NCBI GenBank assembly: GCA_044227265.1
Contig: JBGAFL010000004.1
Span: 28,368 to 92,367 of the forward strand
Length of the DNA stretch: 64,000 bases
Reading direction: 5' to 3'
Source of the DNA: Methylobacterium sp.
GTDB taxonomy: Bacteria > Pseudomonadota > Alphaproteobacteria > Rhizobiales > Beijerinckiaceae
Shown: positions 48,197 to 58,770 of the stretch, piece by piece
Layout: each line of letters opens with the position of its first letter
Position numbering within the stretch: the stretch's first letter is position 1
The notes under the pieces: model-generated
What the model was told of the DNA's origin: nothing
Database searches by the model: none
Seen by the model: only the letters and a program-made list of their open reading frames with translations
Program-made: the position numbers and the translations under genes

Positions 48197-49048
48197 TCAA
48201 CCGAATGTGTCCTCCGGCGCACCGCAGGAGTCACAGACGAAACGGCGCAGGGCGTCCGCGAGCCGTACGATGATCGGGTGATCCGCGCTCGTATAGGGCG
48301 TCGTGCCGATGGCGGTGACGGGGGAAAGCAGGCGCAGGGAATTCGTCGCAAAAACCGCCTCCGCACGCGCCAATTCCTCGGGGAGTAGGGGGCGCTCCTC
48401 AGTGGCGATGCCGAGTTCGGCCGCCAGGCGAAGAATCGCGGCCCGCGTCACGCCAGGCAGCACGCCCTCTGCAACGGAGGGCGTCACCAGGACGCTCTTG
48501 AAGACCGCAAAGAGATTGGCGGTGCCGGTGCAGGCGACACGCTCGGCCGTATTGAGGAACAGGGTATCGCCATGGCCCGCCTCCGCCGCCTCGCGCGCGG
48601 CAAGCACCGCATCGAGATAGCCGAGCGTCTTCATCCGCGAGAGGGGCGAGGAATCGTTCCGGCGGATATCGGTGGGATGTAAGGACAGCGGCGCGAAGGC
48701 TAGGCCGCGGGCAGTGGGCGCCGCGCTCGCAAGGACGAAAGGCCGGACTTGCGCGGGAGGCGCGATGCCACGCGGTCCGGGACCGCGCGTCACGGTCGTA
48801 CGGATCGCGGCGAGCGGGGCGACAGCGGCCACTGCCTGCATCGCCTGCCGGATTCCGTCCAAATCGACGGCGATGTCGAGCAGCTTCAGCGAGCCGGCGA
48901 GCCGCGCGAGATGGGCCTCCTCGAATGCAATCCGGCCGCCGATCGCCAGGGCCGTGTCGAACACCCCGTCACCGAGCAGCAATCCACGGTCGGAGAAATC
49001 GAACGGAGCGACATTGCCCTCGATGATCTGTCCGTCACACCACAGCAT
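48197..49048 (-). CDS. pabC: Class IV aminotransferase / aminodeoxychorismate lyase (PabC-like)
   Basis: DRGLLLGDGVFDT, SRMKTLGYL, TANLF, LPGVTRA and TNSL. Confidence 0.8.
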   Translation of the reverse strand: MLWCDGQIIEGNVAPFDFSDRGLLLGDGVFDTALAIGGRIAFEEAHLARLAGSLKLLDIAVDLDGIRQAMQAVAAVAPLAAIRTTVTRGPGPRGIAPPAQVRPFVLASAAPTARGLAFAPLSLHPTDIRRNDSSPLSRMKTLGYLDAVLAAREAAEAGHGDTLFLNTAERVACTGTANLFAVFKSVLVTPSVAEGVLPGVTRAAILRLAAELGIATEERPLLPEELARAEAVFATNSLRLLSPVTAIGTTPYTSADHPIIVRLADALRRFVCDSCGAPEDTFG

Positions 49049-49664
49049 CGATCGGCGCCTTGGCAACGATCCGGCCGCGCGCCTCGCGCCAGGCCCGCGC
49101 CATCCGCAGGAAATTGGCGAAGATTGCGTGTCCGCTCTCGGTGAGCACGGATTCCGGATGGAACTGCACGCCGTAGGTCGGGTGCCTCCTGTGCGACAGC
49201 CCCATGATCTCACCCTCGGCCGAGCGGGCGGTGACCACGAGGTTGCGTTCCATGCCCGGCTCGGCTTCCACGACCAGCGAATGGTAGCGGCCGACCTGCA
49301 TCGGCACGGGCAGGCCGGAGAACAGGCCGGTCGCATCGTGCGTCACCGGCGTGGCATGGCCGTGAAGCGGCTTTTGCGCCCGCACGACGCGCCCGCCGAA
49401 AGCCGCACCGATCGCCTGATGGCCGAGGCAGACCCCGAGGATCGGCACCTTGCCCGACAATTCCCTGATCGCCGGCAGCGTCACGCCGGCCTCGTTCGGG
49501 GTGCAGGGGCCTGGAGACAGCACGAGCGCATCCGGGTTCAGCTTGCGGATATCCGCGACATCGAGCGCGTCGTTTCGGATCGCGGTGATGCTCTCGCCGA
49601 GTTCCTCGAAATAGCGGACGACGTTGAAGACGAACGAATCGTAATTGTCGATGACGAGGATCAT
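49035..49664 (-). CDS. pabA: Aminodeoxychorismate/anthranilate synthase component II
   Basis: IDNYDSF, SPGPCTP, GVCLGHQ, RYHSL and QFHPES. Confidence 0.9.
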   Translation of the reverse strand: MILVIDNYDSFVFNVVRYFEELGESITAIRNDALDVADIRKLNPDALVLSPGPCTPNEAGVTLPAIRELSGKVPILGVCLGHQAIGAAFGGRVVRAQKPLHGHATPVTHDATGLFSGLPVPMQVGRYHSLVVEAEPGMERNLVVTARSAEGEIMGLSHRRHPTYGVQFHPESVLTESGHAIFANFLRMARAWREARGRIVAKAPIDAVV

Positions 49665-51079
49665 GGCGTGGCCGGCTCCTCGAAAGCCGCAAAGACCCGG
49701 GCCGCCTTGGTCAGCGTCTCTTCGTATTCGGGGCCGGGCGCCGAGAGCAACGTCACGCCGCCGCCCGCCTGGAGCACGGCTGTCCGGTCGTCCATGAACA
49801 CGGTGCGGATCGCGATCGAGGTGTCGAGCGAGCCGTCGAAACCGAGCGCGCCAATCGCCCCGCAATAGAGCTCGCGCGCATCGCCCTCGATCTCGGTGAT
49901 GATGTCCATGGCCCTGAGCTTCGGCGCTCCGGTGATCGAGCCGCCCGGGAAGGTGTTGGCGATGAGGTCGAGCGCGTCGGCGCCCTCCTTCAACCGGCCG
50001 GTGACCACCGAGACGAGATGGTGGACCGAGGCATAGGATTCCAGCCCGCAAAGGACCGGGACCTTGACGCTCCCAGGCTCGCAGATCCGTGAGAGATCGT
50101 TGCGCAGCAGGTCGACGATCATGATGTTCTCGGCGCGCTCCTTCGGATTGACCTGGAGCGCCTCGCCGATCGCTGCGTCCTGCGCGGGATTCTCGACCCG
50201 GCGCGCGGTGCCCTTGATCGGCCTCGTCTCGACCTTGCGGCCTTCGAGCTTCAGGAACCGCTCGGGCGAGCTCGAGGCGATGGTCAGATCCTCGAAGGCG
50301 AGATAGGCGCCGAATGTCGCCGGATTGGTCGCGCGCAAGTGCAGATAGAAAGCGAAGGCATCGAAATCCGGCGGCAGCTCGGTCGTGAAGCGCTGGGCGA
50401 TGTTTGCCTGATAGATGTCGCCGGCGCGGATATAGTCACGCACTCTTTCGACAGCAATTTCATAGGATTGCCGCGTAAAATTCGAGTGCCAGATGAAGGT
50501 ACCGGACGGCGGTAGCGGCGGGATGTCCGGGGCGCGGGCGGCGGCGAGAAGGTCGGCAAAGCGGTCGAGCTGCTCGCGCGCGCGCCGCTCGCGCCCTGCG
50601 TGCGTCTGTTCCGGGAACCCGGTCGAGATCAGGCGGCAGGCCCCGTTCCCATGATCGATCGTGAGAACCGTATCGTAGAGATTGAAGGCGATGTCGTCGG
50701 TCAGCCCGGCGCGGCGTGGCGGAACCGTGACGCGTTCGAGAGATTGGCCGAGGTCGTAGCCGAAATAGCCAATCGCCCCGCCCGGGAAGGTCGCTAGTTC
50801 CGGTTCGGGCTCGATGCGGTAGGGGGCAAGGCAAGCGCGCAGGGCTTCGAGCGGCGTGCCATCCACCGCCTGCCCATCGAGCGTGCTGCGACCCTGCCGC
50901 GAGCGGAACCCGGCGAAGGGATCGGCGGCCAGCACGGATTCGCGCCCGAGCGTCTCATGATGCATGGCGCTGTCGAGGAAGGCGAAGCCGGGCAGGCGCG
51001 ACAGGCCGGCGGCCGCCGCGACCGGGTCGAGGGGTGGAATCTCGCGGGTCCAGACCATGTGTCGGTCGTCTCGGGGCAT
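49661..51079 (-). CDS. pabB: Aminodeoxychorismate synthase component I
   Basis: GDIYQANIAQ, SSPERF, RPIKGT, AENIMIVDLLRND, FPGGSITGAPK and SIAIRT. Confidence 0.92.
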   Translation of the reverse strand: MPRDDRHMVWTREIPPLDPVAAAAGLSRLPGFAFLDSAMHHETLGRESVLAADPFAGFRSRQGRSTLDGQAVDGTPLEALRACLAPYRIEPEPELATFPGGAIGYFGYDLGQSLERVTVPPRRAGLTDDIAFNLYDTVLTIDHGNGACRLISTGFPEQTHAGRERRAREQLDRFADLLAAARAPDIPPLPPSGTFIWHSNFTRQSYEIAVERVRDYIRAGDIYQANIAQRFTTELPPDFDAFAFYLHLRATNPATFGAYLAFEDLTIASSSPERFLKLEGRKVETRPIKGTARRVENPAQDAAIGEALQVNPKERAENIMIVDLLRNDLSRICEPGSVKVPVLCGLESYASVHHLVSVVTGRLKEGADALDLIANTFPGGSITGAPKLRAMDIITEIEGDARELYCGAIGALGFDGSLDTSIAIRTVFMDDRTAVLQAGGGVTLLSAPGPEYEETLTKAARVFAAFEEPATP

Positions 51080-51388
51080 GGCAAAATGTCGTGTATCTCA
51101 GGAACGCTGCCTCGTCCCGTTCGTCAATTTGGTTCGGTGCCAGCACCAATCCACGAGTTCCGAACGGTGATCGGCACCGCCACGGCTCAGATGCGGCTTC
51201 GAGATACTTCGCGCAACACCGCAGAATATTCCAATAAATATTTGCTGTGACGATGGAAAACGTATTTTACCCCACGAGCGAGCAATTCAGTGGCCGCTCT
51301 CGCAAGCGACCCGAAATCACGCTATAAGCACGCCTTCCATCAACCGTGCCGATCGTTCCTTACCGGCTCCCGCAGGGCCGGGCGGCTC

Positions 51389-52738
51389 ATGACGAACCCG
51401 ATGACCACAACCACCGAACCGACTAAATCCGTTGCCCCGCGCATCTCCTTCGTCTCGCTAGGCTGCCCGAAGGCTCTGGTCGATTCCGAGCGCATCCTCA
51501 CGCATCTGCGCGCGGAAGGCTACGAGATGTCGCGCCGGCATGACGGGGCGGATGTCGTCATCGTCAATACCTGCGGCTTCCTCGATTCCGCAAAGGCGGA
51601 ATCCCTCGAAGCGATCGGCGCAGCCATGGCCGAGAATGGCCGGGTCATCGTTACCGGGTGCATGGGTGCACAGCCGCAGGAGATCCACGACCGCTTCCCC
51701 AACCTGCTCGCGATCACCGGCCCGCAGGCCTATGAATCCGTGGTCTCGGCCGTGCATGAGGCGGTTCCCCCGGCGCACGATCCGTTTCTCGATCTGCTTC
51801 CGCCGCAGGGCGTGAAGCTGACGCCGCGGCACTACGCCTATTTGAAGATTTCGGAAGGCTGCAACAACCGCTGCAGTTTCTGCATAATCCCGTCGCTCCG
51901 CGGCGATCTCGTCAGCCGCCCGGCCGCCGACGTGCTGCGCGAGGCGGAGAAGCTCGTCAAAGCCGGGGTGAAAGAACTGCTCGTCGTCTCGCAGGATACC
52001 AGCGCCTATGGAGTCGACACACGCTACGAGACGAGCCGCTGGCGGGACCGCGACGTGCGCGCCCGCTTCTACGACCTTGCGTCGGCGCTCGGCGAGCTCG
52101 GGGCCTGGGTCCGGCTACATTACGTCTACCCCTACCCCCATGTCGACGAGGTCATCCCGCTGATGGCCGAGGGCAAGGTGCTCCCCTATCTCGACATGCC
52201 TTTGCAGCATGCGAGTCCCTCTGTGCTCAAGCGCATGAAGCGGCCCGGCAAGCAGGATCGCCAGCTCGACCGCATCCGTGCCTGGCGCGAGATTTGTCCC
52301 GAGCTTGCCATCCGCTCGACCTTCATCGTCGGCTTTCCCGGCGAGACCGATGCCGAATTCGAGGAGCTGCTCGACTGGATCCGGGAGGCCAAGCTCGAGC
52401 GTGTCGGCTGCTTCGAATACGAGCCCGTGAAGGGCGCGGCGGCGAACGATCTCGGGGGGCTGATCCCGCCGGAGGTGAAGGCCGAGCGCAAGCGGCGTTT
52501 CATGGAGGCGCAAGCCGGCGTGTCGCTGAAATTACAGCGCGCCAAGCTCGGCAAAAGGCTCCAGGTTATCATCGACGAGGCCGGGCCGACAGTCGCCAAG
52601 GGGCGCTCGAAGGCCGATGCGCCGGAGATCGACGGCACGGTCCACGTCGCCTCGCGCCGCCCGGTGCGGCCGGGCGACATCGTGACGGTAAAGATCGAGC
52701 GGGCGGACGCCTACGATCTGCACGGGATCGCGGTGTGA
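51389..52738 (+). CDS. rimO: Ribosomal protein S12 methylthiotransferase
   Basis: [18 protein letters not shown], radical [11 protein letters not shown] and APEIDG, plus a TRAM domain. Confidence 0.97.
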   Translation: MTNPMTTTTEPTKSVAPRISFVSLGCPKALVDSERILTHLRAEGYEMSRRHDGADVVIVNTCGFLDSAKAESLEAIGAAMAENGRVIVTGCMGAQPQEIHDRFPNLLAITGPQAYESVVSAVHEAVPPAHDPFLDLLPPQGVKLTPRHYAYLKISEGCNNRCSFCIIPSLRGDLVSRPAADVLREAEKLVKAGVKELLVVSQDTSAYGVDTRYETSRWRDRDVRARFYDLASALGELGAWVRLHYVYPYPHVDEVIPLMAEGKVLPYLDMPLQHASPSVLKRMKRPGKQDRQLDRIRAWREICPELAIRSTFIVGFPGETDAEFEELLDWIREAKLERVGCFEYEPVKGAAANDLGGLIPPEVKAERKRRFMEAQAGVSLKLQRAKLGKRLQVIIDEAGPTVAKGRSKADAPEIDGTVHVASRRPVRPGDIVTVKIERADAYDLHGIAV

Positions 52739-53018
52739 GCGTGGATTCTCCTCTCCCCGCACGCGGGGAGTGGGGATGGGCGCACAACAGACCCGCTGAA
52801 AAACCTCGGCCCGCCAGCGCCTGATCCATGTAATGCCGGCAGCGCGCGGCATTGCCCGCGATCCATGCACCACGAAAAGTTGCGGTGGTATCGGGCAGAT
52901 GTTGAGCGCCGGCGGCGCAAAAAAGACGATCTCGCTCCGTGCCTTGCCGAGATCGTCAGACGTCCGTGGATAGCTCGGACAACCGAATTGCCTGTGATCC
53001 TGTCATCCTCGGATCAGG

Positions 53019-54209
53019 TCATTCCGTGACGCTGGTCAGGCCGCGATGCAGGGACACACACTCCCAGGCGGCGACGAGAACGAGGACGAGTGTCGCGGCA
53101 CTCGCGAGCGCCAGAGGCGTTAGGCCAGGCGCAACGGGTATCAAAGCCGCCAGCAGGCCGACACCGACGAGATGCGAGAGCGGTACGCGCCCGGCGATGA
53201 CCCATTTGAACAGGAAATTGCCCAGGACGAACAGGGCCGGGCCGCCAAGCATGGCCGCGATGCCCGGCGCCTCGACATGCCCGTTCGGATGGGCGAGCAG
53301 CAATTCGTCGGATACCGCGCCGACGACGATGCCGGCGACGATGACGATGTGCATGTAGGTATAGGCAAGACGCGCGAGCCGGCCGGGATCGTCGGAGCTT
53401 GCGATGCCGTGGCTGCCGCGTTCGGCGCCCGTGTCGAAATAGATCCACCACATCGCGACGCTGCCGATGAAGGCGACGATGAAGGCGATCAATGTCTCGC
53501 CCGCCCAAGGCGCCTCGGCGAGGGTCGCACCCGTGACGAGCACCGATTCACCGAGCGCGATGATGACGAAAAGCCCGCAGCGCTCCGCGAGATGCTCGCC
53601 ATCGACATCCCAATCGGCCGTGGTGGAAGCGCCGAGGCCCGGTACGAAGAAGCCGGAAGCGGGACCTGCAAAATCGATCGCGAGCGCCGGCGCTCAGACC
53701 CAGAAACGGGCTTCGCTCTCGAAAAAGGCGCCGGCGATCCAGAACAGGCCGGACAGGACCGACCAGAGCGTGATCCGCTGGAAGTTGCGCGTGTTGCCGC
53801 TTGACGTTCCGCGCAGAGCCCAGAGCATGAACAGCGAGCGGCCGACCTGCATCGCGACATAGGCAGCCGCAAAGGGCAGCGCCTTCTCGCCGAATGCCTC
53901 TGGGATCGAGGTCGAAAACACGAGCCCGGCCAGCATCAGCACGAAAAGTGCGAGCCGCACCACGGTTCGATCGGGATCGAGCCAGTTCGTGACCCAGGAG
54001 GTGTAGATCCAGACCCACCAGACGGCGAGAAACAGCAGCGTGGTCTGCAGCGCGCCGCTGATATTCAGGTGGTGCAGCAGATTGTGCGAGAGCTGCGTGA
54101 TCGCGAAGACGAAGACGAGATCGAATAACAGTTCGATGTTGGTGACGCGGGCATGAGCGTGTTCGCCGCACGCCCGCAGCTACCTGTTCGCCTGCCCCGT
54201 TTCCTGCAT
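53019..54209 (-). pseudogene. ltrA: Low temperature requirement protein A (LtrA) with two in-frame stop codons
   Basis: VTNIELLFDLVFVFAITQLSH, WWVWIYTSWVTN and HLAERCGLFVIIALGES in a single frame; TAG at 54180-54182 and TGA at 53694-53696. Confidence 0.88.
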
Positions 54210-54344
54210 CACCGGAATCCGTCGTCCTGCCGCCCCGCGCATAGGATCGCTCGGACCCGAGCTTGGCAAGAGCCGCCCTCTGCGATCCGGGAGTTGGCAC
54301 GCTGATGAACGCGGCTTGCTTGTAAAGCCGACGTCAATGGAACC

Positions 54345-54458
54345 GTCTTTCCGGGGCCGCGTAGCGGAACCCGGAATCCAGAACCGCGATGCAAGCCATT
54401 CGCGGCTCATTCGGTGGTTCTGGGTTCCGGGTTCGCCTGCGGCGCCCCGGAATGACGT
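54345..54458. repeat. REP-like element, copy 2
   Basis: ccgtctttccggggccgcgtagcggaacccggaatcc ... gggttccgggttcgcctgcggcgccccggaatgacg; terminal inverted repeats. Confidence 0.7.
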
Positions 54459-54534
54459 TCAGGTTGTTATTTGCGTCACGGATATATTTTATAGCTTGTA
54501 TACCAATGACCTGAATTCCGAGTCCTGGCTCGCC

Positions 54535-55161
54535 TCACCCAATCTGCGCGCTGACAATCTGCTCGACGCCCGCCGCGCTCATCGCGGTCCAGGCCTTGGC
54601 GACCGAGCCGTCGAGATCGATGCCGCGCACGGCATCCTCGATCACGAAGACCGTGAATCCGGCCGCGCGCGCGTCGAGCGCCGACCAGGCCACGCAGAAA
54701 TCGGTGGCGAGCCCGGCAAGAAACAGGCGGGTCAGGCCCCTCTCGCGCAGATAGCCCGCGAGACCCGTCGGCGTCATGCGATCCGCCTCCAGGAAGGCCG
54801 AATAGCTGTCGACCTCACCGTTGAAACCCTTGCGGATGACGAGTTCCGCGCGGCCAAGCTCGAGTCCGGCTGCGAGTTCGGCCCCCTTGCCGGCTTGGAC
54901 GCAATGGTCCGGCCACAGCACCTGATCGCCATAGGGCATCGCAACCGTCTCGAACGGCGCGCGTGCTGGATAGCTCGAGGCGAAGGAACTGTGCCCGGCC
55001 GGATGCCAATCCTGCGTGACGATCACATGAGGGACCCGGCTCGCCAGAGCGTTGACCGGCGCGATCACCGCATCCCCGTCCGGCACGGCAAGCGCGCCGC
55101 CCGGCAGGAAATCGTTCTGCACGTCGATCACCAGCAAGGCATCGCTCTCACCGAGCTTCAT
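54535..55161 (-). CDS. pncA: Nicotinamidase/pyrazinamidase
   Basis: IDVQNDF, TQDWHP..H, WPDHCVQ, RKG..DSYSAF and GLATDFCV. Confidence 0.96.
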   Translation of the reverse strand: MKLGESDALLVIDVQNDFLPGGALAVPDGDAVIAPVNALASRVPHVIVTQDWHPAGHSSFASSYPARAPFETVAMPYGDQVLWPDHCVQAGKGAELAAGLELGRAELVIRKGFNGEVDSYSAFLEADRMTPTGLAGYLRERGLTRLFLAGLATDFCVAWSALDARAAGFTVFVIEDAVRGIDLDGSVAKAWTAMSAAGVEQIVSAQIG

Positions 55162-55273
55162 GGGAGAGCCTTCTCGGTCGGATGGAGGCGCGGGCCTGCC
55201 GGCCCCTTTGCGGGCCCAACCCTGATCCCGTCATCCTCCGATCCTGTGATCACCGCATCAAGGGATCCGCCGA

Positions 55274-56248
55274 TCACGGGATCATCACCGTCGCGCCGGT
55301 CGTCTGCCGGTCGGCAAGGTCGCGATGCACCTTTGCGGCGTCAGCGAGTTTCTCGCGCGAATGGATCGGGATCTTCACGGCTCCGCTCCCGACGACCTCG
55401 AACAAATCCGCAGCCATCTCGTCGAGGCTCTCGCGCTTGGAGGTATGGCTGAACAGGCTCGGGCGCGTTGCATAAAGCGAGCCCTTCTGCGCGAGCAGAC
55501 TGATGTCGAAGGCAGGGACCGGCCCGGAGGCCGAGCCAAAGCTCGCAAACACGCCGAACGGCCGCAGGCAATCGAGCGAGGCCGGAAAGGTGTCTTTGCC
55601 GACGCCGTCATAGACGACCGGCACCCCCTCCCCCTTGGTGATCTCCCTGACGCGGGCGGGGAAATCCTCGTCGCGATACAGGATCACGTGATCACAGCCG
55701 AATTCGCGCGCGATCTTGGCCTTGTCCTCCGATCCCACCGTGCCGATCACGGTCGCTCCGAGATGCTTGGCCCATTGCGTCGCGATGAGGCCGACCCCGC
55801 CAGCGGCTGCGTGGAACAGGATCGTATCGCCGGGTTTCACCCGGTAGGTCCGGCGCAGCAGGTATTGTGCGGTGAGGCCCTTCAGCATCATCGCCGCGGC
55901 CGTCTCGTCCGCGACACCCTCGGGGACGTGCACGACACCCGCCGCATCGACGATGACTTCCTCGGCATAGGTCCCGACCGCGCCCGAATAGGCGACGCGC
56001 TCGCCGACTTGGAAATCCGTAACGCCCTCGCCGATCGCGTCGACGATGCCCGCCCCTTCCTTGCCGAGCGTGAAGGGCAGCGAGGCGGACTTGTAGGCGC
56101 CGGTCCGGAAATAGATGTCGATGAAGTTGACGCCGATGGCCGTCTGGCGGACGCGGAGCTGGCCGGGGCCCGGGGCCGGGACCTCCACCTCCTCGTAGCG
56201 CATCACCTCGGGTCCGCCGTATTCGTGAACCCTGATCGCTTTGGGCAT
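55274..56248 (-). CDS. qor: NADPH:quinone oxidoreductase (zeta-crystallin family)
   Basis: GVNFIDIYFR, GKEGAG, HAAAGGVG, YDGVGK and GSLYATRP. Confidence 0.94.
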   Translation of the reverse strand: MPKAIRVHEYGGPEVMRYEEVEVPAPGPGQLRVRQTAIGVNFIDIYFRTGAYKSASLPFTLGKEGAGIVDAIGEGVTDFQVGERVAYSGAVGTYAEEVIVDAAGVVHVPEGVADETAAAMMLKGLTAQYLLRRTYRVKPGDTILFHAAAGGVGLIATQWAKHLGATVIGTVGSEDKAKIAREFGCDHVILYRDEDFPARVREITKGEGVPVVYDGVGKDTFPASLDCLRPFGVFASFGSASGPVPAFDISLLAQKGSLYATRPSLFSHTSKRESLDEMAADLFEVVGSGAVKIPIHSREKLADAAKVHRDLADRQTTGATVMIP

Positions 56249-56467
56249 CGCTCCGACCCTTCGTCACCGACGTTCATGCGTCGAGAGTGGAGATAGGGCG
56301 GTTGTGGAGAGAAATCCCGCGAGCGTTCCGAACTCGGATCGGTTCGGCCAGCGAGATCGCAGCGGGCTTGCGTGATTGTGCTCGAACTCCCTGTGGGCAA
56401 AATCTGACGCTTGGTACGGTCTGGTTTCGACCTTCTCTGATCTTCGCTCGTCGAATAAACCCTCGAC

Positions 56468-56990
56468 ATGGACGAAGATCTTGATCTGACTTTGATGGGC
56501 CTCGCTCTCGAAGAGGCTCGGCAGGCCCTAGCGAAGTCTCACTTGCCCGTTGGCTGCGTGCTAACAGCAGGCGAAAAAGTCGTAGCAACCGGCCACAAGG
56601 CTATGGGGTCAAATCACCTCGACCACGCTGAGATGGTCGTGTTTCGCGCTGTATTCCAGGGCGATTACAGCTATTCTCGGCAGGATAACTTAAGCCTATA
56701 TACAACACTTGAGCCTTGCATCATGTGCTGGGGGACGCTTAGGCACCTTCCGATCGGGCGATTAGTTTTTGCGATGGAGGATGCTTATGGAGGATGCGCG
56801 CGCATCTCTGACGATGCCCTTCCCCCCTCGACATCAATTCCGCCCTTTGTCTATCCGCGGTCGAGTTCGGAGAGACGAAGCCTGCCAACTCTTTAATAAA
56901 TTCTTCGACGTTACTCAGGAGCCCTTTTGGGTGACGGGTGGCGCTGCTGAGTTTGTGGAAGCCGTTCGACGGAACCGGACCAGGGGCTAA
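56468..56990 (+). pseudogene. Zn-dependent nucleoside/tRNA deaminase (TadA-like) with a frameshift in a C6 run
   Basis: HAE and EPCIMC motifs. The deaminase-like tail (RVRRDEACQLFNKFF) continues in another frame after TTCCCCCCTCG at ~56820-56830. Confidence 0.8.
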
Positions 56991-57029
56991 CCACCCATTG
57001 CGTACAGTACCTGGCGTGAGTTTGGCCCA

Positions 57030-57221
57030 CTAGACTTGGCTGAGCTCGCCGTCTCCCGAATCCCCATCGGAGATCGACTCGCTGTCCCCATCGAGAACCG
57101 TGTCTTCGACGGGCGGAAACATTCGAGCGAGCCCCTGTGCTACGCCATTCAGCAGAGCATCGAAGGACGAGCCGAAGTTGCGCTCCTCGATCTTGCTGTC
57201 CAGCAACTTGACGTTATTCAC
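57030..57221 (-). CDS. Possible small hypothetical protein
   Basis: 63 aa with a GTG start, an AGAGAGG RBS-like sequence and an acidic tail. Confidence 0.4.
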   Translation of the reverse strand: MNNVKLLDSKIEERNFGSSFDALLNGVAQGLARMFPPVEDTVLDGDSESISDGDSGDGELSQV

Positions 57222-57542
57222 GGGACGCCTCTCTTCGTCGCTTTTGTCTCAGGAACTCATCGGTAATGCGGCGGGGCCGGATTCGTTGCATCGCCGCCTC
57301 GATCGAAAATTGATAAATCGCCTGCGCGCACCGGAAGGAACTTGAGTCTCTCCGTGGTTCGCCCTGAGGACGCCCGGCCGATGGTGGGAGCACCATCCCG
57401 GCATGAACCGCGCGGCGGGCGCGTCGTTGAATTTTCGACCGAGGCTTCGGGCTTTTCCTCTGCGTCGGCTATGTCCGAATACCAGTTCGCTCTTTTTCGG
57501 CCGATGCTCTGGATCGACCGACCGTCGAAAGGCTCCGCAAGA

Positions 57543-58754
57543 ATGCCGAACACTACTGAAGGCGAGGCATCCTACGATGTCGCTGTGGTCGGGGCCGGGG
57601 CTGCCGGTCTTGCAGCGAGCATTGCCCTGGCGCGGGAAGGCATTTCGACCGCGCTGATCGGTCGGCATCAGCCGGTTGGCGATGGGCGCACGGTGGCCTT
57701 GCTCGGCGGGTCCGTCCGCCTGCTCGAAGCTCTCGGCATCTGGCCCGAACTTTCGCCGGAGGCCGCGCCGCTCGCCGAGCTTCACATCATCGACGATACC
57801 GGCAGCCTGTTCCGACCGCCCCCTGCCCGCTTCGTCGCCTCCGAAATCGGATTGCCGGCCTTCGGATGGAACATCGAGAATGCCCGGCTCGTCGAAGGCT
57901 TGCGGGCTGCCGCGCGCGCGACCCCAGGTCTCGACCTGATCGAATGCGATGCCGGCGCGGCGCAGCGGGACGAGGACAGTGCCAGCATCGCGCTGGCCGA
58001 CGGCTCCAACATCATGGCTCGCCTCGTCGTCGGAGCCGATGGCGCGCGCTCACCCATGCGCGTGGCCTCCGGCCTGAGCGCGCGGGAATGGACCTATCCG
58101 CAGGCCGCCATCACCACGCTTCTCGCCCATGAACGTCCGCATCGCGACATCTCGACGGAGTTTCACACGCGGACCGGGCCCTTCACCCTGGTTCCCCTGC
58201 CGGGCGGCTACCGGTCGAGCCTCGTCTGGGTCGCTGGGGATCTGGCCGCGCGCCGTCTCGCCGAACTCGATGACGAGGCTCTGGCCGAGGCCATTCGGCT
58301 GCAGGCGCAATCGATGCTCGGCGCCATGCGTGTCGATGGTCCGCGCGGCCTCGTCCCGATGCGCGGGCTCTCGGTCGCGACGCCGGTGGCCAACCGGCTC
58401 GCGCTGATCGGCGAGGCCGCCCATGTCTTCCCGCCGATCGGCGCGCAGGGTCTCAATCTCGGGCTGCGCGATGCCGCGGCCTTGCGGGATGCGGTGGTCG
58501 CGGCCCGCAAATCCGGCCGCGATCCGGGCTCGCGACAGGCGCTTTCGGGATTTGGGCGGGGACGCGTTCTCGACGCGCAGCTGCGCGGCAAAGCGGTTGA
58601 CCTCCTCAATCGCAGCCTGCTGACGGCGATCCTGCCGGTCGATGCGTTGCGGGGCTTAGGCCTAGTGGCGCTGAGCAATATCGCGCCGCTCAGGCAGATG
58701 GTGATGCGCGAGGGCGTTCAACCCCGGCTCGGCGCGCCGAGCCTGATGCGCTGA
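57543..58754 (+). CDS. ubiH: UbiH/COQ6-family FAD-dependent hydroxylase
   Basis: VVGAGAAG, VGADGARS, GEAAHVFPPIGAQGLNLGLRD. Confidence 0.9.
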   Translation: MPNTTEGEASYDVAVVGAGAAGLAASIALAREGISTALIGRHQPVGDGRTVALLGGSVRLLEALGIWPELSPEAAPLAELHIIDDTGSLFRPPPARFVASEIGLPAFGWNIENARLVEGLRAAARATPGLDLIECDAGAAQRDEDSASIALADGSNIMARLVVGADGARSPMRVASGLSAREWTYPQAAITTLLAHERPHRDISTEFHTRTGPFTLVPLPGGYRSSLVWVAGDLAARRLAELDDEALAEAIRLQAQSMLGAMRVDGPRGLVPMRGLSVATPVANRLALIGEAAHVFPPIGAQGLNLGLRDAAALRDAVVAARKSGRDPGSRQALSGFGRGRVLDAQLRGKAVDLLNRSLLTAILPVDALRGLGLVALSNIAPLRQMVMREGVQPRLGAPSLMR

Positions 58755-58770
58755 GCGGTCCGGAAGCGCT

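Noticed and set aside
53694-53696. Selenocysteine recoding of the ltrA TGA
   Set aside because: The context calls for Trp rather than Cys, no SECIS-like hairpin was recognised, and a second (TAG) stop also interrupts the gene.
57036-57266. Plus-strand 76-aa ORF
   Set aside because: It overlaps the minus-strand 57030-57221 ORF, which has a better RBS; neither is certain.
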